Assembly: GCA_964419275.1 (NCBI GenBank)
Contig: CAYQOY010000002.1
Coordinates: forward strand, 6,568 to 70,567
From: Candidatus Woesearchaeota archaeon
Lineage (GTDB): Archaea; Nanobdellota; Nanobdellia; Pacearchaeales; GW2011-AR1
Length of the DNA stretch: 64,000 nucleotides
Reading direction: 5' to 3'
Shown: positions 54,760-63,624 of the stretch, in pieces
How positions within the stretch are numbered: the stretch's first letter is position 1
Layout of the letters: each line of letters starts with the position of its first letter
The notes under the pieces: generated by a model
Told to the model about the DNA's origin: nothing
Database searches by the model: none
The model's input: only the letters and a program-made list of their open reading frames with translations
Made by a program: the position numbers and the translations under genes

Positions 54760-55449
54760 TTAATCCTCATCTTGGCTCTTTGGAGTGTCAATTGTTGGAC
54801 CTTTATCAGATAAGTCTTGAGAATATTTTGAAGGATTTATCTGAGTGGTGACGTTAAATTTCTCTTTTGGAATTGTTTTTGGAGGATAAGTTTTGTCTGG
54901 GCATTTCTTGGAAGTATCTGTAGGATGTGGTTCTTGTCTAGCTCTTAACATAGATTCTAATACTTTTGATTCAATTCTCTCTTCAGGCAGTTCCTCTTTA
55001 GGGAGTATTTTTTCAATGATAGTTTCTTGCCTTCTGATTGTTCCATCTTGAAAATAATATGTTCTGAATATTTTTCCTTCTTCTTCAGAGTAGATTCCTA
55101 TTGAGGAAATGGGAAAATTATACTTTTCTTTTGAAGGTTTTCCAAGTTCAGCGTTTAAAATTTCTTCAGGAAGATATTGAGCTAGTTTTTGTATTGTTTC
55201 TTTTTTGTGTATTGGGCAACTATCACAAAATTCTACTTCATTTTCTCCATTATAAGATACCTTTACAATCAAATATCCTGTTTGAACTTTTTCTTTTTCT
55301 CGGTTTTCAGAAAATCTGAAAATTTCCACTCGTTTATCTACAAAATCTTCATCAGAAAAATACTTAGCAGAATAAAGATGAGCTGTAGCCAATCTTTCTT
55401 CTAAACTGCCGGAAGGTTTATCGGGAAATGTTTCTCGAAAAGATTTCAT
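54760..55449 (-). CDS. hypothetical protein, member 1 of a tandem paralog triplet (two module copies plus P/K/T-rich tail)
   Basis: 229 aa with QYLPEEILNAELG and a second copy FRTYYFQDG...KILPKEELPEE. The tail is disordered and rich in P, K and T. Confidence 0.5.
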   Translation of the reverse strand: MKSFRETFPDKPSGSLEERLATAHLYSAKYFSDEDFVDKRVEIFRFSENREKEKVQTGYLIVKVSYNGENEVEFCDSCPIHKKETIQKLAQYLPEEILNAELGKPSKEKYNFPISSIGIYSEEEGKIFRTYYFQDGTIRRQETIIEKILPKEELPEERIESKVLESMLRARQEPHPTDTSKKCPDKTYPPKTIPKEKFNVTTQINPSKYSQDLSDKGPTIDTPKSQDED

Positions 55450-55503
55450 ATTAAAACAGAGAAATCACCTTATTTAAGGATTTTTATAACCTAATTATAT
55501 CTT

Positions 55504-56610
55504 TTAATTAAAACTAATAACTCCGCCACCGAGAACTGTTTTTCCAGAATAAAGAACAATTGCTTGCCCTTCTGAAACCCCTGTTATTGCTTTATTCAAG
55601 GTAACCCTAAATAACCCTTTTTTTATTTGAATCTTTGCTGGAAGAAGCTCTCCTACCTGGCGAATTCTAGCTAAAACCCTTTGATTGTTTCTTGGAGAAT
55701 TTAAAATCCAGCGTGGTTCTTTGAGAACTATTTCTTTTTTGTAAAGAAGAGGGTGCCCTTCCGGTGCAACAACTAAGGTATTTGTTTTAACATCTTTTTT
55801 TGCAACATACCATTTCTTTAATTCTTGCCCTTTTCCACGTTGAACTTCAATTCCAAATCTAGGCCCTATTCTTTGCCCTAAAGTGTAATAATAAATTCCA
55901 TCATGTTCTCCTACAATTTTTCCTTCTGGGTTTAACATTTTTCCTTTTTTCGGGCGAATCTTTTTTTGCAAGAAATCTTTTAGATTGACTTTTCCAATAA
56001 AGCAAATTCCAACTGTGGATTTTTTATTGTAATTTGGAAGATTATTTTTTTCAGCAATTTTTCTAATCTGTTTTTTAGTGTAATTGCCAATTGGAAAAAA
56101 AGAATTTTTTAAATCATCTTGAGAAAGGCGATAAAGAAAATAAGACTGATCTTTGGATTCATCTTTTGCTCTTAACATTTCATAGCCTTTTCTTGTTTTT
56201 TTGATTCTTGCATAATGCCCTGTTACAACATATTTTGCACCAATTCTTTTAGCTTCTTTGATTAAAAGAGGGAATTTTATTTTTTGATTGCAATCAACAT
56301 CTGGGTTTGGAGTTATTCCTTTTTTGTAATCTTGAAACATTTTTTTTACAACTTGATTTTTGTATTGTTTTTCAAAGTCTAGAGTGATTAATGGAATATC
56401 CAACATGCTAGCAATTTTCAAAGCCATTGCTCTTTCATCACGCCATTTGCATTCTCCAATGTCATTTTTAGTGTCGCTCCAGTTTTTCATAAAAGCACCC
56501 ACAATTTCATATCCTTGTCTTTTAAGAATAAGCGCAGCTACACTGCTGTCTACCCCTCCCGACATTGCGAGAAGAACCTTTGGCTTTTTTTTAGATAGGT
56601 TTAATTTCAT
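55504..56610 (-). CDS. mnmA: tRNA-specific 2-thiouridylase MnmA (bacterial type)
   Basis: PP-loop AMSGGVDSSVAA, catalytic Cys region GICFIG, and an MnmA-like C-terminal barrel. 368 aa. Confidence 0.88.
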   Translation of the reverse strand: MKLNLSKKKPKVLLAMSGGVDSSVAALILKRQGYEIVGAFMKNWSDTKNDIGECKWRDERAMALKIASMLDIPLITLDFEKQYKNQVVKKMFQDYKKGITPNPDVDCNQKIKFPLLIKEAKRIGAKYVVTGHYARIKKTRKGYEMLRAKDESKDQSYFLYRLSQDDLKNSFFPIGNYTKKQIRKIAEKNNLPNYNKKSTVGICFIGKVNLKDFLQKKIRPKKGKMLNPEGKIVGEHDGIYYYTLGQRIGPRFGIEVQRGKGQELKKWYVAKKDVKTNTLVVAPEGHPLLYKKEIVLKEPRWILNSPRNNQRVLARIRQVGELLPAKIQIKKGLFRVTLNKAITGVSEGQAIVLYSGKTVLGGGVISFN

Positions 56611-56658
56611 TTTACATTTATTGTAATTATCCTACATTTACATTATTTAAAAAGAAAA

Positions 56659-56731
56659 CGTCCGAGGGAGGACTCGAACCTTCGACTTCATGGTTAACAG
56701 CCATGCGCTCTACCGACTGAGCTACTCGGAC
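56659..56731 (-). tRNA. tRNA-Asn (anticodon GUU)
   Basis: Hand-folded: acceptor GTCCGAG/CTCGGAC, anticodon loop CTGTTAA, T-loop TTCGAGT. There is one A-C mismatch in the T stem. Confidence 0.85.
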
Positions 56732-56789
56732 ATGAAAATTCAAAATTAAAATGATATTTAAACTTAACCTTATGCCTGTTTCAGGCTTT

Positions 56790-57500
56790 TTATTCAGAAA
56801 TAGCAGAGAATTCTGCGACAATCTTTTCAATAGGACTTAAATGGATAATCTTCTGATGGATCTCCTCAACGCTTAAGAGAGTATCATCTTTCATGCATTC
56901 CACTTTTTCCCAGTTAGACTCGTTTTCAACAAGATAATTATAACTTTCTTCAGCATTTTTTAAATGCTCTTTGTCTTCTTCATGAATATCTCTTTTCTTT
57001 CCCTTAGCGTATTCCCTCTCTTTTTCACTTTTGTTGTCCACTAATTTTTGAGCAATGTCATAAGGAATATGTAAGTAAATCTGGAAATCTGGTTTAGGCA
57101 ACTCTAAAATTTCATATTCCAGATCATAAAGCCAGTCTAAAAGATTTTGTCTTTCTTTTGGGTCTCTTATTTTACCTCCTTGATGTCCGGCATTCGAAGA
57201 AACATACCTGTTTGAGATAAGAATTTTCCCTTGTTCAAGAGATTTTGTGATTTCTTTTCTTTTATCAAATCTGTCTAGTGCAAAGAACAAAGAAGCTTTT
57301 TTTGCTGAAACCTCTTTTGCAGAGCCGTACTCTCCGTTAAGATATTGTTCGACAAAATATGCTCCAGGACTTTTATAGTTTGGAAAATCTAGCTTTTCTA
57401 CATCCAGTCCTTGTTTTTTTAGATATTCAATAAGAAGCTGAGTTTGAGTGCCTTTTCCGCATCCATCTGTGCCTTCCAGAACAATTAGTTTTCCCCTCAT
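56790..57500 (-). CDS. tmk: thymidylate kinase
   Basis: P-loop LIVLEGTDGCGKGTQ, DRF/DRY-like region and a lid region. 236 aa. Confidence 0.85.
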   Translation of the reverse strand: MRGKLIVLEGTDGCGKGTQTQLLIEYLKKQGLDVEKLDFPNYKSPGAYFVEQYLNGEYGSAKEVSAKKASLFFALDRFDKRKEITKSLEQGKILISNRYVSSNAGHQGGKIRDPKERQNLLDWLYDLEYEILELPKPDFQIYLHIPYDIAQKLVDNKSEKEREYAKGKKRDIHEEDKEHLKNAEESYNYLVENESNWEKVECMKDDTLLSVEEIHQKIIHLSPIEKIVAEFSAISE

Positions 57501-57569
57501 TAGAGAGATTACAAAAAAGAGGTTTATTAGTTTTTGTTTAATTGAATTATCTAAATTGGTTTATCTTAT

Positions 57570-58100
57570 TTAGACTTCTTTCTTTGCTTTTTTCTTGAAA
57601 CTTTCTTTTAATCCTAAATCTACAAATGGCTCTGGACGGTGTTTTTCTAAATAGCTATAAACATTCGAATGCTTTGCCCCTCTAATGATTCCAATGATTG
57701 CTTCTTGAGTGGTTTTCATATACTCTGGGTCTCCGATTATTCCAACTTGGTTGTTTTTTACCTGAATGAAACTTTGTGTTAGTTGAGTTAAAACCTCTAG
57801 GGCTTTTCCTTCTTTTCCGATTATTCTTGAACGAACTGTGTTCAAATCTTTTCTTTTAGTGTAATCTTTAATGTTTAAAATTTCAAACAAAAAATCTTTT
57901 TCAACAATCGAAAGGGCTTCTTCAACAGGAAATCCAAAATTAATTGCTTCAATCACTTGTCTTGCAAAAAATTCATCATCCGCGCTTCCCTTAAGATAAA
58001 ATTCCCTCCCTCTGTGTGTTATTTCTATGTTCAAGGATTTTTCAAGCAGTTCTTTGTTTTTTAAAATTTTAATAGATCTTTCAGAATAAATTACTTCCAT
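57570..58100 (-). CDS. KH-domain RNA-binding protein (Dim2/Pno1-like)
   Basis: Two KH-like modules, the second with RIIGKEGKALEVL (GxxG loop). 176 aa, and it sits among translation genes. Confidence 0.7.
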   Translation of the reverse strand: MEVIYSERSIKILKNKELLEKSLNIEITHRGREFYLKGSADDEFFARQVIEAINFGFPVEEALSIVEKDFLFEILNIKDYTKRKDLNTVRSRIIGKEGKALEVLTQLTQSFIQVKNNQVGIIGDPEYMKTTQEAIIGIIRGAKHSNVYSYLEKHRPEPFVDLGLKESFKKKAKKEV

Positions 58101-58130
58101 TTTGTTTTGTAATTCAATTTTATTTAGTTA

Positions 58131-58523
58131 TTACTCTTCAAACTTAAGGTGCCCTTTGGATTTTAGCCATTCCACCTGGTTTGGTTTGTATTTAAGGATT
58201 ACATCTCCTTTGTTTTTGTCAAGTTCCCAAGGTTCAACAATCACAACGTCTCCTGGGCGAAGCCAAAGCTTTTTTCTTAATCTTCCTGGAACTCGGCAAT
58301 TTCTAGCTTTTCCGTCTGTGCAGTTAACCATCATCTTGTTTCCCCCAAGTCTTTGTTCAATTCTTCCAATTACTTCTTCACCTCTTGGAAGCGGAGCTCT
58401 GGTTACAACTCCTTCTGAGTTTTCCTGTTCCAATTCTTCAGATTCTTCTTCCTCTTCGTCTTCTTCAGATTCTTCATCTTTCATTTCAGGAAAATAATCT
58501 TCTTCAGGTTCTTTTTGAGCCAT
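58131..58523 (-). CDS. eif1a: translation initiation factor 1A (aIF-1A) with acidic N-terminal extension
   Basis: The S1-like OB core GRIEQRLGGNKMMVNCTDGKARNCRVPGRLRKKLWLRPGDVVIVEPWE is preceded by about 40 aa rich in E and D. Confidence 0.88.
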   Translation of the reverse strand: MAQKEPEEDYFPEMKDEESEEDEEEEESEELEQENSEGVVTRAPLPRGEEVIGRIEQRLGGNKMMVNCTDGKARNCRVPGRLRKKLWLRPGDVVIVEPWELDKNKGDVILKYKPNQVEWLKSKGHLKFEE

Positions 58524-58581
58524 GTTAAAATAATTAAAACAGTGTTTATAAAACTAAGGATGAGAAAGAAGTAGGATAAAA

Positions 58582-58878
58582 TTAACCTAAAATCAAGGAG
58601 AAAGGAACATCTTGAATTGTTTTTACACTTTCTTCAGAAATAATTCCTAACTTCAAAGCGAGAGCTACTGATTCTTTGCCAGCGATGTTAAAGCTAGAAT
58701 CATTCAGATGCATCATTTGGATTATTTTTGTAGCTTCTTCCTCTGTCTTTTCTTCACCTCTAAAAAAATTTTCTTTTATCTCAATTTGAAATTTTCCTTC
58801 TTCAAATTTTTTTCCAATTAGATTAGAATCACAAATAACAACAATGTCTCGGTAGGACTTAATAATTCTTACTTGCAT
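58582..58878 (-). CDS. DUF424 family protein
   Basis: 98 aa. VVICDSNLIGKKFEEGKFQIEI...FFRGEE...NIAGKESV matches my recollection of the archaeal DUF424 pattern. Confidence 0.6.
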   Translation of the reverse strand: MQVRIIKSYRDIVVICDSNLIGKKFEEGKFQIEIKENFFRGEEKTEEEATKIIQMMHLNDSSFNIAGKESVALALKLGIISEESVKTIQDVPFSLILG

Positions 58879-58897
58879 TTTATAGCAGATATCCTTT

Positions 58898-59068
58898 TTA
58901 TTTACCTAATTGTTTAGCTTGGTCAGCAGACAAGATTTTTACCATTCTGGTTCCACACTTTACGCAGGTTCCTCTTGCCATGAAAGTTCCTCTAGTTGTC
59001 TTTTCAATCTTAACATCTTTCATTTCTCTTGCCTCTTTACACTTCATGCATCTTCCTTCAAGTTTCAT
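58898..59068 (-). CDS. small zinc-ribbon protein (DUF5679-like)
   Basis: Hand-translated 56 aa: MKLEGRCMKCKEAREMKDVKIEKTTRGTFMARGTCVKCGTRMVKILSADQAKQLGK. It has two CxxC pairs. GGAGGT sits 5 nt upstream of the ATG. It is shorter than any ORF listed in the supplied track. Confidence 0.6.
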   Translation of the reverse strand: MKLEGRCMKCKEAREMKDVKIEKTTRGTFMARGTCVKCGTRMVKILSADQAKQLGK

Positions 59069-59137
59069 TTTTACCTCCTATTTGATTTATATTTCAATAT
59101 TTTGGAATATTAGTACTTTATTTAATTTACAGGGTTT

Positions 59138-59545
59138 TTATACTTTCGTTACAGCATGTCTTGCCCCACAGGCTAAACAATTAACAAATACCAATCGATC
59201 TTCTTTGACAAGCTCTGTGTCTGGTTTTTTGCATTCTTTGCACAAAACATATTCTTTCACGTATTCTTCAATTTTTTGATTAATTCTTAGAATTGGGATT
59301 TTGATATTCATTGAAAGTCTGTCTCCCTCTTTTTGCCCAGATGCTGCGAGTTCTTTAAGCAAGAATTTTTGAAAATGTTCCGGCTGTCTTCTTAAGTGAG
59401 AAGAAATTTGAACAAAGTTCGTAAGAATCGTTTTCTTTCCTTCTGAAAAAACTTCAGCTTTCGGAGTTTCAAATCTTTCTCCGGATGTTTCAGCTTTTTT
59501 AACTTTAGAATAAGCTTCTTCGAGTAATTCTTCATAACTTACCAT
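59138..59545 (-). CDS. eif2b: translation initiation factor 2 subunit beta (aIF-2beta)
   Basis: YEELLEEAY..., FLLKELAASG, and a C-terminal zinc ribbon CKECKKPDT...CLACG. The start is taken at MVSYEELL; the track ORF extends to 59626. Confidence 0.85.
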   Translation of the reverse strand: MVSYEELLEEAYSKVKKAETSGERFETPKAEVFSEGKKTILTNFVQISSHLRRQPEHFQKFLLKELAASGQKEGDRLSMNIKIPILRINQKIEEYVKEYVLCKECKKPDTELVKEDRLVFVNCLACGARHAVTKV

Positions 59546-59633
59546 AAAAACTAGAAAAGCAATCAATTTATAAGGGTTTTGAATGATTGTTTCATGGAAA
59601 ATTTTCAGAAAAATTGAAAATTTCAATCAAAAA

Positions 59634-60128
59634 ATGAAAAATAAAACAAGAGTCTTGAAAAATAAGATAAAAAATAAAAGAAAAATAGAATATTTCCCCC
59701 AGACCACAGACTACACCTGTGGGCCCTCTTCACTTAAGATGGCACTAAGCTTTTTTGGATTTTCAAAATCGGAAAAACAACTTTCTAAGATTTTGAAGAC
59801 TAACTCTAAAAATGGAACAAGGATAAATAATTTTATTTCAGGGGTAAAACTTTTGGAATTAGAGTATATTATCAAGAATAATTCGAAAATAAGAGATTTA
59901 AAAACTTTTCAAAGAAAGGGTTATGCGATTATTGTTTGTTATTTTATCCCCGAAGAAAACGTGGATCATTATTCTGTTCTGAAAAAAGTAGGAATGAAGA
60001 ATATTTATTTTTTTGATCCTTGGTTTGGAGAAGATCACAAATATTCAATAAATTATTTTAAAAGAATTTGGAAATGTGATGAAAGATTTGATAAAGAAAA
60101 AGCTTGGTGCATTGCGCTTAAAAAATAA
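59634..60128 (+). CDS. peptidase C39-like (papain-fold) domain protein
   Basis: QTTDYTCGPSSLKMALSFFG (Gln and Cys of the C39 core) and a later DHYSVL (His). The choice of start is uncertain (59583 or 59634). Confidence 0.55.
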   Translation: MKNKTRVLKNKIKNKRKIEYFPQTTDYTCGPSSLKMALSFFGFSKSEKQLSKILKTNSKNGTRINNFISGVKLLELEYIIKNNSKIRDLKTFQRKGYAIIVCYFIPEENVDHYSVLKKVGMKNIYFFDPWFGEDHKYSINYFKRIWKCDERFDKEKAWCIALKK

Positions 60129-60155
60129 TTCTGCAAGATAAATAAAAAATAGAAT

Positions 60156-60782
60156 TTATCCCAACCATCTAACTTTTCCCGGGCGAGGTTCAAAGATTAT
60201 CCCTTCTTCAAGTAATCTTTGAATTTCTTGATTGATTAAATCTGCGGGAGCATCTCGATGATTCATTATAATTGTGTCAATGTAAATTCCCCCATCATCC
60301 TCTGAATTTTTTATTGAATCAAGAATTTGGTCGCGAATTGCTTTAATTTGCTCCCTGTCTCCGTTTGTCAGTGGAACTTTTCTTTCTTTTTCTAGTTCAA
60401 GCTTTCTAATTAAAAGATAAGCAGGTTCTGTAAGTTTAACTATCTCTGGAGAAATATATGTTTCATTGTTGAAGTATCTTAAAACTCCAATTATTACTAC
60501 TGTTTGCCCTTGATTTAAATTTTCTAATTTTTGAACATCATCTCCAAAAGATTTAAGTTTTATTTGTCCTGAACCGTCATCAACAGTTATGAAAGAGTAT
60601 TTTTTCTCTCCAGAGCTGTCGTATTTATCAACAATATTCCCAACAACGTTCACTCTCACAATTCTTTTGTCTCCTAACTCCAGAAACAAGAATTTTTCAT
60701 TTTCAGTGTGAGGCTTCCCTAAAAGTAAATCTCCGATTCTGAATTTGTATGCAATATTTCTTTTGAACTGTTCATCTGTCAT
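60156..60782 (-). CDS. RPA32-like OB-fold ssDNA-binding protein with C-terminal winged helix
   Basis: OB-fold pattern VRVNVVGNIVDK...ITVDDGSGQIKLKSFG...VVIIGVLRYF, plus a C-terminal wH-like segment. It lies directly downstream of mcm. Confidence 0.65.
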   Translation of the reverse strand: MTDEQFKRNIAYKFRIGDLLLGKPHTENEKFLFLELGDKRIVRVNVVGNIVDKYDSSGEKKYSFITVDDGSGQIKLKSFGDDVQKLENLNQGQTVVIIGVLRYFNNETYISPEIVKLTEPAYLLIRKLELEKERKVPLTNGDREQIKAIRDQILDSIKNSEDDGGIYIDTIIMNHRDAPADLINQEIQRLLEEGIIFEPRPGKVRWLG

Positions 60783-60860
60783 GTTAGTTTTTGTTGATTT
60801 ATCCCTTTTTATTTATTTGTTTACTCTTTTTATTACAAAATTTTCTCGCAAAAATGAAAA

Positions 60861-62891
60861 TCATTTCATTCTTTGCACATATCCATTTTTTGGACGGAAA
60901 ATAATACTATTTTTTTCAAGTTCAGTTAGTGCGTCTTCAATTTCAGATTGGCTTAATTTTCCTTGCATAGCTTTTTCAATTTCTTCAATGGGGATTAATT
61001 GCCCTATTTCGTCTTCAAGTTTATCAATCAAATCTCTGACAACAAAAATTTTATTTCTTTGAGAGGAAGTTATTCTACCGCTGATTCTATCGATATCAAA
61101 AGTATTTGATTCAGGGTCTCTTCCAACTTGCATTAAATAGTATTTCATCAACCCAATTGCTTTTTCTGTGTCTTCTTTTCCTGCAACAGGGCTTAATCTT
61201 AATTTTGCAGCTGCTTCGGTCATTCTAATAAGAGCTTCAAGCTGTCTTGCAGAAATAGGAATACTTCTTGTAGGGTCATCTCCAGAAACAGGAGCATTTC
61301 TTAAATCCACATAAAATTTTTCAATTTCTTTTTTTGCTTCTTTGTTCAATTTTGGTTTAACTCTTTGTTTAGCATAAGCAATATATTTTCTTAGCAAATC
61401 TCTAGGAATTAAAGCACCCATTGAATCTTCATCTCTAGTGTGCTCATCTAAAACATGAGCCGCGATTTTTCTATCTTTTTCTTTATCCGGTAAATCTCTT
61501 AAGGGGAAAATAATGTCAAATCTGTTAATTAATGTTGGAGGCAAATCAATTTGTTGAGGTACCGGCTGATAAGGGTCAAATCTACCAAATTTAGGGTTTG
61601 CTGCTGCAAGAACAGATGTTTCACTACGAAGGGTTGCCTGAACATTTGCCTTGGAGATGGTAATAGTTTGCTGCTCCATAGCTTCGTGCATGGCACTTCT
61701 ATCTTGAGGATCCATTTTTTCTAATTCATCAATACAAACAATACCTTTATTTGCTAAAACCATTGCTCCTGCTTCCAGGCTCCAACCTCTCAAATATTCA
61801 TCTCTAACAACAGTTGCAGTAAGTCCTGCACCAGATGCGCTTTTACCTACAACATACCTTCCTTTTGGAGAAATATCTGCAATGAAATTAAGTGTAACAG
61901 ATTTTGCAACACCGGGATCACCAATAAGCAGGATGTGAATGTCCCCCCTTTTCTTTTGTCCGTCAGGATAAACTTTTCTTACTCCACTAAATAATTGCAA
62001 AATCAAAGCTTTTTTTATTTCTTGATAGCCCCACACACCAGGAACAATGCTTCTGGAAAGTGTTTCGAAAATTTCAGGATCTTGTGAAAGTTCAATAATC
62101 TGGCGTTCATCTTCTTCGGAAATGTCTAAGTCTTCAAAAGTTTCTTCCAGGGGAATAATATTATTTGCTTCAAGTGCAAGTTCGAATCTTGTTTGGATTC
62201 CTCCGCTTTGCAAGGGAACAGGAACTTCTTTTAAAACTCCAATCGCGCGAATTCTACTTCCAGGGGTTGTTTTCTCTTCCATTCTCGGTTCAACCAAGTC
62301 TTCTTTAACAAAAATGTTTAATCTTTTTGGCTGCTCCCCCCCAGAAAGAGATTCAGGAGCTTCTTCAATTACAAGTCTTTGAGTATCAACCATCTCTTTG
62401 GAAATAAGAGTGAATCCTCCACGCCTTCCGCAAGAACATCTTGTTGGTTCACGGAATTTTTTTTCTAATTGCATAACAGAAATAACTGTTCCACAGCTAG
62501 GACATTCAAATTTAGCATTTATTACTTGAGGCCTAACATCAGAAGCTTGACGAATAATTCCCTCTAAAACTAAAAGTTGGTCAAGATGCTTGGAACGCAA
62601 ATCTCTAACTTTAACTTGATGAGTTTCAGGAAGATTTGCAAGTCTTACTCTAGGTTTTTTTACAAGTCCAGATTCTTCAATAGCTGTTTCAATTAATTCC
62701 AATGTTTCTTCGGGTTTAGCTAAAACTTCTTCAGAGAGTACATTGGAAAACTCCATAAGTTTCATGAAGTCTATTACAATAACATTATTTCCTTTTTTCA
62801 GAGTTTCTCCAACTTCTTTTTTGTAAAAATTAAAAAAATTCTTTGCTTCAATTAATAATTCATCTTTTTTAGAGTTGTCTTTTTCCGGCAT
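60861..62891 (-). CDS. mcm: minichromosome maintenance (MCM) replicative helicase
   Basis: Zinc motif CPSCG...CSCG, Walker A LLIGDPGVAKS, Walker B CIDELEKM, arginine finger region SRFDI-like (NRFDIIF). 676 aa. Confidence 0.93.
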   Translation of the reverse strand: MPEKDNSKKDELLIEAKNFFNFYKKEVGETLKKGNNVIVIDFMKLMEFSNVLSEEVLAKPEETLELIETAIEESGLVKKPRVRLANLPETHQVKVRDLRSKHLDQLLVLEGIIRQASDVRPQVINAKFECPSCGTVISVMQLEKKFREPTRCSCGRRGGFTLISKEMVDTQRLVIEEAPESLSGGEQPKRLNIFVKEDLVEPRMEEKTTPGSRIRAIGVLKEVPVPLQSGGIQTRFELALEANNIIPLEETFEDLDISEEDERQIIELSQDPEIFETLSRSIVPGVWGYQEIKKALILQLFSGVRKVYPDGQKKRGDIHILLIGDPGVAKSVTLNFIADISPKGRYVVGKSASGAGLTATVVRDEYLRGWSLEAGAMVLANKGIVCIDELEKMDPQDRSAMHEAMEQQTITISKANVQATLRSETSVLAAANPKFGRFDPYQPVPQQIDLPPTLINRFDIIFPLRDLPDKEKDRKIAAHVLDEHTRDEDSMGALIPRDLLRKYIAYAKQRVKPKLNKEAKKEIEKFYVDLRNAPVSGDDPTRSIPISARQLEALIRMTEAAAKLRLSPVAGKEDTEKAIGLMKYYLMQVGRDPESNTFDIDRISGRITSSQRNKIFVVRDLIDKLEDEIGQLIPIEEIEKAMQGKLSQSEIEDALTELEKNSIIFRPKNGYVQRMK

Positions 62892-63037
62892 ACTTTTATG
62901 ATATCTAAGCGATTTTTATAGTTTGTTATAACTTGAATCCCTAATATCAATTCAATTATTTCTTAGACTAGATTTTCTAGTACAGATTTCTTTTTAAAGA
63001 GAAATTGGATTAAACAATTATAAGCTCTGATACAAAA

Positions 63038-63568
63038 ATGGAAGCAGGAAGAAAATTGATTAGGTCTGAACAAGAAAAGCAACAAGAGATTAAAGATTAC
63101 ATTGACAAAAAAATTGAGGCTGAATTCAGTGTAATTGATAGAAAACTCAGAAATTCTTTTCAAGCAATAAAGCAAGATTTGTATTCTCTAAAATATGCTT
63201 CTGGTTTGGGAATTGGAGGAAGAAACCGAGAAATTCAGGATGTTTTTGATGAAAAGCTTGTGAACTTGAAAAAAGAGCTGGAAGAGAAGGTTGAACAGTT
63301 AAAGAGAATTGAAATTCAAGCGGCTCAAGAATCCCCAAAAAAGGCAAACAAGGTCTTGAAAAAGCAGATTAAGAAAAAAGCTTCAAAAAAATTTGATAAG
63401 GACAAAAAAAAGAAGATCTCAAAAAAATCAAAGAATTCTAAGCCGGCAAAAGAGCTTTCTCGAGTTTATGAATTGATGCAGAAGCAGTTGGAAAGTAAAA
63501 TGGATGATTTGAAAACCAAAGAAGCTTTGCTTTCCAAGCAAGAAAAACAATTGGATAAGTTCAAATAA
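63038..63568 (+). CDS. coiled-coil lysine-rich protein (hypothetical)
   Basis: 176 aa of heptad-like helical sequence with a central KKxxKK-rich segment. No recognisable family. Confidence 0.4.
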   Translation: MEAGRKLIRSEQEKQQEIKDYIDKKIEAEFSVIDRKLRNSFQAIKQDLYSLKYASGLGIGGRNREIQDVFDEKLVNLKKELEEKVEQLKRIEIQAAQESPKKANKVLKKQIKKKASKKFDKDKKKKISKKSKNSKPAKELSRVYELMQKQLESKMDDLKTKEALLSKQEKQLDKFK

Positions 63569-63624
63569 ATTTTAACTTATCAGGGTTAACAATATCTTTT
63601 AAAACTCACTAACGTAGTAAAAAT

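Noticed and set aside
56627-56830. 67-aa minus-strand ORF
   Set aside because: It spans the tRNA-Asn gene, which explains its GC-rich central part, and it also overlaps the 3' end of tmk.
58102-58497. 131-aa plus-strand Ser-rich ORF
   Set aside because: It is antisense to aIF-1A. Its poly-Ser tail is the complement of the acidic GAA/GAG codons of the aIF-1A extension.
60745-61062. 105-aa plus-strand ORF bridging the RPA-like and mcm genes
   Set aside because: It is antisense to the 5' end of the RPA-like gene and the 3' end of mcm. It is hydrophobic low-complexity sequence with no independent support.
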